From Botryllus schlosseri (Eukaryota): a stretch of DNA of 64,000 nt. The stretch lies in assembly GCA_051294905.1 (NCBI GenBank), contig CM119371.1:39558001-39622000 (forward strand), read 5' to 3'. Both the position numbers and the translations under genes were made by a program. Each line of letters begins with the position of its first letter. Within the stretch, counting starts at the first letter, position 1. Of the stretch, positions 13,383 to 26,566 are shown one piece after another. The notes beneath the pieces were generated by a model, which did not search any database, was not told the origin of the DNA, and worked only from the letters and a program-made list of their open reading frames with translations.

Positions 13383-13893
13383 ACGTGCAAACCTATACCA
13401 GCTCATCGGGTCAAATCGATCCATTATGACGTATATATCATTAGCAGTAATCTTGGACATATTCAATCTATAGCGTACAGCGAATAATCATGTAATAAAT
13501 ATTACACGTTATATATATTGCCTTGGTTCAACTGCAATAACAAATAAGGCGATCAACTTACGCAATAATGACGTGATCATATCTCAGCGTTACTGGACTG
13601 GAACTAAGCAAAGCCGCTCTCGTAATAACTAAATTAATCAACTACGTAATCATAATGACGTAATCATTACTGGACATGCTTCAACTGCAATACGCAATCA
13701 TAATGAAGGTAATCAACTTACGCAATAATGATGTAATAATATCTTAGCGTTACTGAACCGAAACTATGCTATCTCTCACACAACCAAAACCTCTCTCGTA
13801 TTGGAAACACGCCCACAATGTTCTGCGTTCTGATTGGCTAAGAGATGTCACGTGATTAAATACTCCAAGCCCGTTGGTCCGCATGGCGATACT

Positions 13894-14513
13894 CTATCTA
13901 TTACTACTGCTGGTGGCCAAACCGTTCGAGATGGATTCGGAATAGTCCCGTTTCTGCAATATGAGTAGACAGTAGTGAAACTGCGATACGCAGAGGAATT
14001 TTATTCGCCCTAATTTGAAATCGCGTGCGTCAGGGATGTTTTGTAGAGCTGTAATGGGCAGAATTGTAGTGTGCGCGTTCTGTATCTCATACATGCCCAT
14101 AAAATCGTAGCATAGGCCAAAAACTGTATTATCAAAAATGAATCCCTTTTCATGGGTGAGGCTCGGCTGCGAGATGCCACAAAAACTCAGATTTTGAAGG
14201 TAGTCTAAAAGCTGCTGTACCGTTATTAAACTGTCATGAATTCTTAAGTTAGATTGAGCTAATGAGTAGAGCACACAGTATCGTTAGTTTTATTTGGTCT
14301 TCCCATAAACTTGCGAGACAGAAGTTGGAGCAACGTATCATTCATAAGGTAGCGAGCTCTAATATGCCTACTCTCCCTGATCGTTTCGCAACTTATGTTC
14401 CAAAGACATAATGCAAAAGCCTCAACACAAACATGTGGGTTTTTCATCCCTTCGACAAACTGGAGCCTCGCGGGAGCTTTGTGCCAGCTCTCAAAAACGA
14501 TTTTTGCCAGCAA
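13894..14513 (-). pseudogene. Possible decayed Crypton/DUF3504-like tyrosine-recombinase relic
   Basis: Broken frames give ..IRARYL..D.....F..R.N.. and HP.KGFIFDNTVFGL, loosely like ZMYM/DUF3504 sequences. Several stops and frameshifts. Confidence 0.3.
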
Positions 14514-15809
14514 GCATTTTTCACTCGCGAGAAATACGCTGTATTTTGGATAGGAGTGCAGAACAGATTATAAGACCTGGTCATCCAAGCAGTAGTATAG
14601 ACACTATTCGGTACTTAGCAACGGGCAACCTGGGAGTTCATGATCCCCACAAAATTATAGTATCCGACAGAGTCTCTTATGGTTAGGGTTCTGGTAAAAA
14701 TCATTTTGCCTCTGCTTAAATTCGCCTCTTCTAATCGAAGCAATAATTAAAATCATGATTTTTAATAATAATAAAGCAACAAAAGAACATGGGATGAATG
14801 AGGGCCATACTAATTAATAAAATGGAACATATGGAATAAACTCAATAATTCGCAGCTCGGAGACACCATCCCGTAGTTCAAATAGTTCAACCTCACTGGC
14901 AGAAATGGGTCGCCAGAATCCCCATTAACCTGTTCCCAGATATGTTGAGTACAGCGCAGGTATACAGGGTTGCAGGTCAGAAGGTTCTGAGTCACAAGTC
15001 AGTCTCACTTTAACAGTTTTCAGTCGAGTTCGGTCGAGTCATTTTCAAATCACCATCGAGTTAAGTCTAGTCGAAGTCAGGATGTAGGACTGGCATTATA
15101 TATTTTTGTGGTTGCAAAAAGTGTACATATTTCAATTTTCCGGGTCAATTATACAGTTGTTATTTCAATAGCGTGTGATACTCGAATACTTGACTAGATG
15201 CCAAATGCGCGATTCAAAAACGAATCCCTCGGGTGACCGATTACGATCAGCCCTAATGTTGAGTAAAGTCTGAATTATCTATACCACTTGCATATGTAGC
15301 ACGAGTGTCATTGATGATATCTTGAGTGGTTTCTGGATGCAAAAAACTATGTCCGGTTTATGTACAATGCACATGGTTATTAAATAATAAACCGCATTCA
15401 CACAACTCCCCAGAAATTGAAACAGACGCGGAGGAATTAAATCAAATATCAAGATGGAATACCTGATATAAATCCACCTGAATTAAATCCGCCTTATAAA
15501 TTTAATATCGGAGTGAACGGGGCAATCTTGAATATTTTCCAAATACATAACATTTCTTATAGTGCAACACGCTGTAAATTTTTTCATGGTAATGTAAGTA
15601 GGTCTACATTGCAGATCATTGATATCACGATGCGCCATTGTTCACACAACATTTTTAAACCGAAAGAAGAGGGTTCGTAAATCCCGAAAACTTGAATAAA
15701 AATTGACATTACGGAGGCCCCCATTTTCCAGCTGGTGAACCCTCAATTTCTGCACGCAAGGGCATAAAAATGCTCATTAGCAAACTAAATTAAATATAAC
15801 ATATCTGAC

Positions 15810-17207
15810 CTTTGTACAGATCGTTCTGTGATTTGGAGAAGATGATGCCGGCCACGAATCGCCGCACGACGGACCATCGTTCTTCATGAAGATGTTCTAC
15901 ATCGAAGCGGGAAAATTCGTTGATCTCCATTTCTGCTATAAAGATCGCTGCCAGGTATTCTTGGAGGCTCTGATGGCAAAAGAAGAATGAGAAATTGCCT
16001 TGCATCAAATGTCGGCTTAGTAGGTTGTTCCCCGGAACTTTTGTCATTATGTCTTGGACTTCCCCTGCCGAAACGCCAAATTCCGTCAAGTCCGTCTCCT
16101 TGAACACGACCCGCCCTTCTTTCATTCCTCGAAATGCCAATGCCTTCAGTTTGATGACGATCGATAAAATTTCTTCCCGATTGCGAATGTTTTCGACGCT
16201 TTGTAGAGCTGATATAATCCTGTAGTATAGTTCTGTCACAGTTGTTGGAGGATCTGTATCTGGATCTCTTCCCATCACAACTGCCGTTAGAATCAGAAAA
16301 ACGGGTACTGAGACTAAATTGATCAATCTTGGTGCCATAGTCTCAAGTTTCTGCCAGAGTTCCTCACCATTCTCTTTGAGTAATAATGCAAATAGCCTAT
16401 GCGCGTCTTCAAAAGAAAGACCATTCAGTGTGATGATGTTTTCGGGTCGCGCCATCGCCGGTAATTCCGAAACTTTGAACTCGCGCGAAGCTATGTAGAC
16501 ATTAACGTGAGGGAGGATGTTTCGGGATAAAATGTTGTACATGACTATCCAGCAGCTCGCTTTTTCGTACTTCTTTATTTTGCGTAGTTTTTTTGTTTCA
16601 AAATTCCACCTTGCTTGATCGAGGCCGTCGAATATGACGACTGCCTTAGATTGATGTTTATCCAGCCATTTAAACGCCTGATCCTCTTCAAATTTATTTT
16701 CGAAGAGCCCGCCAAATAAAAATGTTGATGGTTTGATTTTGCCCTTCATTTCAACGTCCTTCAATTCAATATAATGGACCATTTTTTCCCCGTAAGGTGG
16801 CAGATCTTCGACATGCTCAATTTTTAGGGATGCACCGAGAGCTTGTCTTGCTATTCTGCGCATCAATGTGGATTTTCCTGATCCAGCAGATGCCACAATA
16901 GCAGTTACACCAACTTTTCCTGATGTGCCTGCTTTTTTCTTTTGCCACACAGAAGCCACTACGTCTTCGATCCCGATATCTTTCGCTTTAATTGTGTCCT
17001 TCCGCAGAAATCCAACTTCCTGTGTCAGCTGATTATGGCCATAGCGACCTTTGTAATAATCATCAACGTCAACTTGACGCATCTGCGTGTAAACTTCAAA
17101 GTCCGGTAGCTGAAGGTTTTCATGTCGGAAGTCATCAAGGATATCAATGGCCGTAACATTTATGGTGTTTTCGTTGCAAATTTGTAATAACTTTTCGTTA
17201 CTGATAT
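15810..17207 (-). CDS. NACHT-domain exon of an NLR-like gene (NBD-HD1-WHD-start of HD2)
   Basis: Walker A ASAGSGKST, Walker B VVIFDGLDQ, sensor IASR, VPVF, winged-helix FCHQSLQEYLAA and RWSVVRRFVAG. Acceptor ttttcag|AT at 17207 and donor AAAG|gtcag at 15810, both phase 1. Confidence 0.93.
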
Positions 17208-19314
17208 CTGAAAATAAAATATGGAAATTATAGGTATGAAAGATAAAGAAAACTTCAAATCTACATATAGATAGGGTTTGTCGAGCAATCGTTCTCACAC
17301 GTTGATTTGACTTCAGATGAACGCATGCCATAAGACTTTGTTTGGTGAGGATTGCCTATAATTGGAAGCTAACATTCCCAGATATTATGGTGAATTCCCG
17401 CCCAAGGAAGACCAATTATTGTGGCAATCGCCTATATTTTTCTCCGCAAACGTGAATACAAGGTTGGGATAACTATTGTCGTATTCAGATAAGTAGTAGT
17501 CGTGATTAGTATTGTTAATCGATTACGAAGATTACAGCATTTGCAAGTAATGGTAATCGCAATTGATTTTATTCAATAAATCATAATCGTGATTGTAACC
17601 GATTATTTCACATATCTAATCGATTTCTTTGCGAGATAGCGTTCACTTTTATTTGTAGAAGACTATGACAGAGCCTGAACATTCGTGAACAATGAACAGT
17701 GCTGTATTATATATCGTTACTGATTGCAGAACCGTCGTATTTCCAGACGCCACTGGTCAGTATCACGTCACGAGTATTACCTTTGCTTATAATCGCATAA
17801 GGAATCATCCACACAGTAAATATATATTCGATGTACTTTGTACTTGTACGTATAGTATAGTGTGATTGTAAGAGCCCACTGCATGTCCTATGTAAGGCTA
17901 TATAAGCACTACGGGCGCACTAACTCGTCGCATGATAATAAAATCCCCTCTCTCTGGTTTCGAGTATGGAAACTTGTATTGATCTTTGGTTGAGCTTGGT
18001 TGCACCTAGTTTGAACGTTGCTGCTTGGCGACGGGTAGGCTCAAGTCGCGTACACATGAAAAAGATTTGAAATTTTATTTTCAAATGAGACAATACGATT
18101 TCCACATCAAAGCACTACAAATCAACGAATGCAGACATAGTTTATAACCAAGCTGTACTTTGCCGTTACGAGTAAAGACTAATTTCAGTCGGTAGCACGT
18201 AGAAAGAAAATATATAGATATGGCCAATTGGCCATATATAATAATAATCCATTCATCGTGGGCGGACTCTGCGTTACCTCGGTCGATTCGAGTATCTGGC
18301 ACCTTTTATTACACCGCCCAACACAGATTTCAGTGCCCATAATGTTCCAACGGTTTTAGGTTATTTTTAAGTCGCTGAATCCAAAAATGAAACTAGTTTT
18401 TCCGAATCGGCTCTATTTTTTTGAGATATTTAATATTTTTGTTTCGAAAAGTACTAAAAAGTGATAAAAATACGCACATTTTGACAAAGGTCAAATTATC
18501 CTTGTATATTTGTATACTACGGTTTCAGGATATTCTTATGTCGCTGAACCGAGAAATGCCACTAGTTTTTCCGAATTGTCTTTATTTTTTGAAATATTAC
18601 GTATTTTTGTTTCGAAAAGTGCCAATAACAACTTCGATTAGTCTACACCTGTCTTTTCAAGTCTCTAAATAAAGTAGCCCATTCTTCTATTTCTGATGTG
18701 ATATCGTTAAAGACGCAATCGGAAACACAGACAGCCTTCTATAGCGAATCCAGTTTCATGTGGAAATCAAGCAAAAATTTTAAAAAGTTAGGTGATATTA
18801 GCAATAGTCAACAGATTTTTGCAATGTCAAAACATGTGACGTCAAAGAACAGATACTGCTTTTAGTAACGCTCAAAGTTCACTTTCACAAATTATTTCAT
18901 CAAACCAAGTCTTATGTGCAGCGGTGGAATAGTGATCTTCTCCCCAGCAACAAAAGGTTCATTTATGATGATATTTACCTACTCTCATGGGATCTCTAGG
19001 TGTCCCCGTCTTCACCCAGTGATCTGCGCATGCTCAGCTATCCTACAAGCAGATAATTATGGCTATTTTGATGGGTGCCCAATTGAGAGAGATGCATATT
19101 TGTGTTCGAACTATTTTTCAAACTGTCCATGATTAAACGCCACTCTTGAGGTCTATATTGTGGCACTTCCATTTTCAGCAAAAGCCATCCGGTGCCTGGG
19201 CAGTAAAAGATTTCATCTTGTTAGCTAAAATTATGAAGTAAATATTATTCTCTTGTAATGTAGAATGTTATTCAAGCTCTGGTTCCAAGGCAGTTTTTGT
19301 CTTTGAGTCGAGTA

Positions 19315-20271
19315 TAGGGGAGATGTGGTACAGATGGATCAAAAATTGCAAAATGATCTCTGGCCCTCAAATCTTCAGCCGAGAATAGCAGATCTTCTGC
19401 TGTCTCAACACTTCGATAAAAGCTCTACCTATCGCGTACATTTACATGAATATACGCCTTTTCAGAAAATATTTATAAACGTTTAAAATTTGTTGCTCGA
19501 ACGTGTCATCGGTCCCCACCCGGTGGGTCCAATGGCACACGACCATGGGACCTATGAGACATACGCTCAAAAACTCAAATTTGTTAACTTGTTTTGATGT
19601 GTACTATAAGCTAAGCTACAGCAAGCCAATGAAGAATGCTTCGTCGCGACCTTCAAGAATAAAATCGATTATATCAACTCAAATGTTGGCATAAAATCAT
19701 GTTTTGATTTACGACTAAACTTACAAAATTAATGCCGCATACGTATCCCTGCAAATCGACATTTTGACTTTCAAATACCTCGTAATACCGATAAAACACC
19801 ACAAGTAACTATGATTTACAGCCTATATATATGTAGGCGAGTTTCTGTTGTTAAGTGATTAGTTGGTCCATCTATTTTGCTTGATTTGGCTATGGTCCCC
19901 CACCCCATAACTATTGTAATTAACCTGGAAATAGTCCACTCGAGAATGGTATTGATTCAAAAAATATGTGCCGTTATATACCCTGATACAAGCCCTATAC
20001 TTCACATCAAAATTATGGCGGGTTTGTTAGTCTGAAAGGTGATATAGAAAAAGGCAAATGTCGATCCAAATTTACTTTACACACCCTCTAAAACGTAAAT
20101 CATTCGTCACAGACCCCATAACTCACGCAGGTCGAATTTTTTTGCATGTGAGGAAAGTTTCTGTCAGCATGTAATTGTGGACAAATTCACGGAGTGTAAT
20201 CATGGAATTATCATGGAGAATTTTTCAAGTATTTTCGGTCCCAGTGATCCATCGGTACCACATCTCCCCTA
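19315..20271. mobile_element. Non-autonomous DNA transposon; partial second copy at about 20946-21849
   Basis: TIRs TAGGGGAGATGTGGTAC / GTACCACATCTCCCCTA, with an internally homologous copy nearby. Confidence 0.8.
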
Positions 20272-20615
20272 CTTCTTCAGAGTGAGGCGCAGATCACCGA
20301 GCAGATGAAAAATCTGCACAATTCCAGGTATTCTGATTACGACAATTAAATGAAATAAATAATAATTTATTAAATAACAATGTCGATATCTCGAAAACTA
20401 AAGCCAATTCAAAGAAACGGATGTCATTTTCGGACTCAGCAGCTCGAATATACCCAGATACCATTAAAATATCTTTGGCACTAAAAAAGTTCTTTTTTGT
20501 TGGCCAATGTTATCGTTAGTTAAGTCAGGTGATGTCGGTGTTATATTCTGTCACTGAAAGCAGTCGGACTCGAATTAGGGTTATGGTAATGATTGAGGTA
20601 ATGGTTACATTAAGG

Positions 20616-22305
20616 CAGGGGCGGCCAACCTACGGCCCGCGGGCCAAATCTGGCCCGCGAGAAGGTTTTGAGTGGCCCACAATGTAACTCTCAAAATTAG
20701 TTATATTGTAAAAAAAACATGTAATCCATTATGAACTTGCAAGACCAGCCGAAAATATTGTTTTCCTGAACGCGAACTTTGAGATGTTGAGGAATGAAAT
20801 ACCAGTTCATACGCATTGACGTAGCCAGGGGTCATCCAGATTATTCATGTAATTTCATATATGATCGCAGAATGGTATGTTTCGTGGTGGATTTATTGGA
20901 CCTGATAGTTTCCTTGGCACTTCGCGCGATCAAAAATTACAGACTGATCTCTGGCCCTAACTGTATCACGGATGACAGCAGTTGTTTTTCTGGCTGAACA
21001 CTTTGATCCAAGCCCTACCTACCGCAGATATATACCTGAATATCCGCCTTTCAAAAAATATTTTCGAACGTTTAAAATCTGTTGCTCGGACGTATCATCG
21101 ATCCCCTGACCTGGGGGGACCATACGCTCAAATATTCAGATGTTCTAACTTTTCTTGCTGAGTAGGCCTACTCTAAAATCCAAGATACACCAAGACAAAG
21201 AGCAATGTTTGGTCGCCACCATAGAAATATAGAATACATTGGAGCTCAAATGTTGTGATAAAATGACGTTTCGATTTAAACGCAAATTACACATTTGAGG
21301 GTACATACATAGTGCCCGCAAATCGACATTTTGACTTCCAAATAGCTCGCTGTCGCGACAAAATACCACATGGATTTATGGCATACAGCCGCTCTGTATG
21401 TATAGGCGTGCTTCTGTTGTTGCAAGATTAGTTCGGAAAACTATTTTGTTAAGTTTGGATCTAATTATCATAGGTCCCCACGCTTCAAATTTTGTATTTG
21501 AAATGAAAAAGTCCACTCGGGGATGGTATTGAATAGAAAAAAATATTTTCCTTATACAGCCTGATACAAACCCTACGCTTTATATTAAAAACTATTGTTT
21601 GCTTGTTCGTGTTGAAGGTTACAGAGAAAAATGTATACGTCAATCGAAATTTATTTTACACCCCCCAAAACAGAAAGCCTCTGTCACAGACCCAATAACT
21701 CTCGTAGGTCGAAGTTATTTGGACGTGAGGAAAGATTCTGACAGCATACAACTGTAAACAAATTAACGGAGTGTAATCATGGGATTATGATTGAGAAGTT
21801 TTCCAGTATTTTCGGTTCCAGTGTCTCATAGGTACCACATCTCCCCCTACGGAATGGAGTCTAACTGTAGTAGAAATTACGATAGAACGTGTCGTACAAT
21901 ATCCGACATCGCGTCTGCACTCGCAGAAAGATCGTCGGCGATGACATCTTTGCACAAAATGATAGACTCATGTTCACGGAAATCTTCAATATTGACATGA
22001 CCTGAGCCTAGCGGTATACATAGGCGACCTACAATATATGCAACTAACATTATTTTTGACAGAATTTATTCATTACCTTTGTAAAAATTTCGCGCTTTGC
22101 GTGGCTAGGACTTGTACACTGAGTTTTCATGGCATAATTGTTTTTGATTTTGCTGCGTAGTAGTAATATAAGTCCTATTTTTACCGTCACGTAATCTGGT
22201 TCTCTCCAATAGGACGACTAAAAAAGGACATCAACATTCAAGTGGCCCGCGCAATAGTTCGCAAATTTCACGTGGCCCATTGGCAGAAAAGGTTGGCCGG
22301 CCCTG
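20616..22305. mobile_element. hAT (Charlie-like) non-autonomous element with a nested insertion
   Basis: CAGGGGCGGCCAACC...GGTTGGCCGGCCCTG, with perfect TSD CATTAAGG. Confidence 0.85.
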
Positions 22306-22450
22306 CATTAAGGGTTAGTTTGGAGTTATAAAGTCACATTTCGCAGCTCTCCGTGCTAAAGCTTCTATTACATTACATTACTACCAGGTACATTATTATA
22401 ATTTCATCCATGGGGTTTCATTGCGCATAATTCATGTATCGACATGCAAA

Positions 22451-22988
22451 CAGGGTTGTAACCAAGTCACATGGCTCCAAGTCACATGTCAATCTCGCTT
22501 TTATAGTTTTGACTCGAGTCAAGTCGAGTCATTTTCAATTCACCACCGAGTCAAATCCGAGTCCAAGTCATTGTGTTGACTCCACAGTTTCCACTTAAAG
22601 TCTTGTTAAATCGACTTTTTATGACTCTATTAGGCAATATCAAATTGTCTGCATTTATGATATACTAATTTCCGTCGCTTTTAGCAGTTTCTGGTAGTAT
22701 TTTCAGGTACCGGTAGCGATAGACGTAATCCCAATAGTGTGGTTGCTTTACTATTTTCAAAATTACAATGAAATGTCGGTCTTGGCCGTCTCAGTCTCGA
22801 GTCAAATGACGTGGTTCGAGTCATGCGCAATGACTCAAGTCTAAGTCGTGTGAATACACAGATTGACTCGAGTCGAGTCTTTTTTGTATTTCGAGAACAT
22901 GACTCGAGTCAAGTCGCGTCATCAGAAAATTGTGACTCGAGTCGGACTCGAGTCGAGTCGAGTCATGACTCGGGTCATTACAACGCTG
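22451..22988. mobile_element. GACTCGAGTC-rich hAT MITE family (also 43317-43896, 52394-52895, 55093-55444; fragments near 14965, 51610, 62200)
   Basis: CAGGGTTGTAA termini and many GACTCGAGTC palindromes. The copy at 43317-43896 has a perfect TSD, TAAATATC. Confidence 0.85.
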
Positions 22989-23145
22989 CGTGCTAATACC
23001 AAAAGCACTAATAAATTATTCTGAATAGCAGATCCTAAAATATTTTAAAACATATTTTGCTCGTCATTGATAAAGTACCTTGAAGTTTACCATGCTCGTC
23101 AATTGGGATACCGTATTAAAAGAAGGGAAAAAACATTACACTCAC

Positions 23146-23280
23146 TGTGACTCGACGGTCTTGTTTCTCTTTCAGCACTGCTGGTGTTGTATACATTGAT
23201 CAGATCTCCGGCCACGATGTTAATAGAGCAATTTTCGAACTTTTGATCGACATTTTCACCTTCAGTCAAAGTTGCAGATC
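23146..23280 (-). CDS. N-terminal exon of the NLR-like gene (GSATLTEGENVDQKFENCSINIVAGDLINVYNTSSAERETRPSSH)
   Basis: 135 nt, ttag|GA...CACA|gtgagt, phase 1-1, open frame compatible with the NACHT exon. Homologous to exon 28899-29121. Confidence 0.75.
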
Positions 23281-23374
23281 CTAAGGCACAAGAGATTAAA
23301 ATAGCTTTGCCACTATTCAATATGGATAATATTATTTTGAGTTCCAAGTTTGTTTTGTTTTTTCGGGTATTCAT

Positions 23375-23629
23375 GGTGTTTGTCGACTACTATGGTCATT
23401 TACACCAGGCCGATATTCTTTTTAATTTCCGTAACTGCGGACTTATAGCACGGCCCACCTCTAGGCTTTTTTTGTAAGACACCGCTTACACGCATGAGGT
23501 GACGAGGAGGAGCCTAGGTAAACCTCCAACACTTGGGAATCGGAATTCGGAAGTCGACCTCGGTCGGACTCGAACCCGCACCCATTGGTGTTGCAGCCGC
23601 GGATAATACCACTGCGCTATCTCGCCGCC
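23375..23629 (-). mobile_element. tRNA-derived SINE
   Basis: A box TAGCGCAGTGG and B box GGTTCGAGTCC. The 3' part is shared with 56840-56857 and 57350-57392. Confidence 0.7.
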
Positions 23630-23926
23630 TGAATTCCAAGTTATCTGCGCTCCACTACATCAGGCATTAATTACCTCTACGCATACAGAGAACGAATATA
23701 CCCAAGACACGCGCGAATCGGTTTTTATAAGCACATCACTGAAATAATTAAAACTGGAGTGGCCAATCTGAAATCCCACTCGTGATCCGAATTATGTCAA
23801 TCTCGCTTAGGATTTCTGTGTTGTTCAGCAGTTGTAGCCTCTCAAACTGTGCGGGCCTTGAGATCGGGCTGTTGCGCCAGAAATTAAACACAAAACATAA
23901 TATAGGAATAAGTATTTGCCTTAGAA

Positions 23927-24674
23927 CAGTTGTTCTCAATTTTTTTAAAACACGTCCACCCCCCCTTGTGATGGTGAAAGATTTCGCGCCCCCTTAACGT
24001 AGGCTTACCATATTTTGAGAATGTAAAAGAGGACACTTTTTCAGAAATTTGCAAGATGCAAAACCGGAGTAGAATTCTCAAAAACCGGTGAATTTTTCCC
24101 ACTTTGTGATCGGTTGACTAAAAAAAAAAAAAGGTCATCACTTCTGCTCAGAGCTCAAAATACCGTTTTTCTCTCCACATTGCCAGGTGGATGACTAAAA
24201 AAAAAAAAAAAGGTCATCTTTTCGCTCAGAGCTAAATTCACCGTTTTTCACTCCGAAATATCCGCCGCAGCGTCACTTCTGTGCTAATTTGCGGCATATC
24301 ACTCGCAATTTGCTCTAAATTTGACCTAAATTTTCAAGAAAGAGGACAAAATCTCAAAAAAGAGGACAAAAGGGCGTCCTCCGAGGACACTTTCAAAAAA
24401 GAGGACAAATCCTCTTAAAAGAGGACGTATGGTAAGCCTACCTTAACGTCATATCACAAAACACAACCAGATTGCTAGCAAACCTAACGGATAGATTGAT
24501 GGCATGGAAGGTTATACGACTATGGATGAGAGATTCTTAAATATGAAATACTGAGCAACAAGGATAGAATTGTTGGTAAATCGCGCAGAGCGCGGAAAAA
24601 AAAATTCAGTTGAGCTCAACTTCGTGCCCCGATTATGATGCTTTCACGCCTCCCCCCCAGTTTGAGAACCACTG
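23927..24674. mobile_element. hAT MITE containing a nested MITE at 24000-24440
   Basis: Outer element CAGTTGTTCTCAA...TTGAGAACCACTG with near-TSD (C/T)CTTAGAA. Inner element TAGGCTTACCATA...TATGGTAAGCCTA with perfect TSD CCTTAACG. Confidence 0.85.
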
Positions 24675-25003
24675 TCTTAGAATCATCATATGGTGAAATA
24701 TACTAAGAAATAGTTTAATCAAGTCCCTGCATTATTTCGATTTTTAGTACCGGTAAGCATTTTACCTGTTTTTGTTAAAAAGTTTTCCTTAGATTCTCGC
24801 GGGCCGTAGTTTGCCCACCCCTGAGCTGGGGGATACCAAAATACTGAAAATACTTAAAATTACATTAAACGATGCATCTTTTCTGAGCAACAGCCCGAGA
24901 CTATCAGTCCTCAGTACATAACTACGGTAGATCTGATAAATATATATTCGAGCAATATGACCTGACAATAGTCACATGTCCACAATTATGCAACACCCTG
25001 TGT

Positions 25004-26566
25004 CAGGGGTTCTCAACTTCTCTTGTGCAACGGGCCGCATTTTAACAGCAAAAGACGCTGCGGGCCGCAGAACAATATTACCGTGTATTTGTGGGCTACA
25101 ATTAAATTTACGCTACTGTAGCCTATTTACCACTCGTATACGGGCATTTAGTACATTTTTAAGCATTATAAAGCATCAATGGACAGCGTTCGTAAGTTTG
25201 CAGCTGCTGCTTATTGTGAGAATATTTATCTTCTAGCGGCGCAATTAAATCCCTTCATGCAGCGTGCATTGCATTCATTGCCAAGTCGGTATATGCAACT
25301 TAAAACCCTTCCACCAGAGAACCGAACTCTCTGTTTCAATGCTTGAGTGAGCAATTATAAAATTACGGTAACTTTTGCGTTACGGAGGCCATTATCACAC
25401 TGAGCTCTGGAGTGATATGAGAGGAAGTCTGGCGTTCGGGGCCATTTCTGAGCAAACCAATCAACCATTCTCTTTTCCTTCCATGCCTGGGGCCCTACAT
25501 CAACAGTTACAGAGTTAGCTTTGTCAAGTTAATATATTTCGCTGGCCCCCTCACCACGTTTGCGCAGCCAGCATTTCCTCTGCATATATGTCCAATTGTC
25601 CACTCTGATAAAGTTCAACCAGATAAAAAAGTTATGCAATGTCGGTGGATTTGTCCGAGGTTGGGTTAAAGCAGTCTACGCGGCAACGTGTTTCAGAACA
25701 TGCGACCGACTGACATTGACGTACCTCGTCTGGACACGATTGAATCAGACGACTGTAGCTTCGAAATTACTCAGGTTATATTGTCTTTGCTGCTAAGTTC
25801 CGGAAACAGCAAATATTCGCACAGTATGTTAAGGTCTTATTGAAATCGCACCTTCTGTAGCAGATTTCTAGGATTTAGCGATATTATAAGTAATTTTGAA
25901 CGATGCGTCTGTAACGTTGTCGGCAATCTCAACTACCGTTCGCAGTGAGTCAAACACTCTTTAAAATTGCAGGCCAACTACGTAGCGGGATTCTCTTGAA
26001 CCAGAGTCCAGCAGAATACCGATTCAAAACAATAACAATCTGAAGTCGAGCATATATCAAGAAACGAGAGCACATTAAAGCAGTGCTTCTCAAACTTTTT
26101 CAGACACCCCCCTTTTTGATAGAGAATAATTTCGTGCCCCCTTATCGTCATATAACAAAATGCAACCAGAATGCTACAAACGGCTAGTTTGATGGCATGG
26201 AAGGTTATGACTGTTGATGAGAGAATTCTCAAATATGAAGTTCGGACTATACACAGAGAAATAACTATGAACTGAAGACAAATTGCGCGCAGCGCGAAAT
26301 TTTTTTTCAGTTGACCGCAGCGTCGCACCCCTTTCAGATGCTTTCACGCTCCTAAGGGGCGCGCCTCCCAGTTTGAGAACCACTGCATTAAAAAATTAGT
26401 AATCAAACGAAACAGGGACGGTGCGATAAAAGAGCTAAGTATTTAAATTAATTTGTTACAATACCGGGTCAGCAATAATTGTGTTTATAATGAAAGATGT
26501 CGCGGGCTGCAAATTAATCGTCTGCGGGCCGCATGCGGCCGACGGGCCGCGGGTTGAGAACCCCTG
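25004..26566. mobile_element. Charlie-like hAT element with a nested MITE at 26081-26385
   Basis: CAGGGGTTCTCAAC...GTTGAGAACCCCTG with TSD CCCT(G/A)TGT. Inner TSD CATTAAA(G/A). Confidence 0.85.

Noticed and set aside
17208..17331. ATG at 17331 as the NACHT protein start
   Set aside because: A strong acceptor at 17207 and compatible upstream exons indicate this stretch is intronic.
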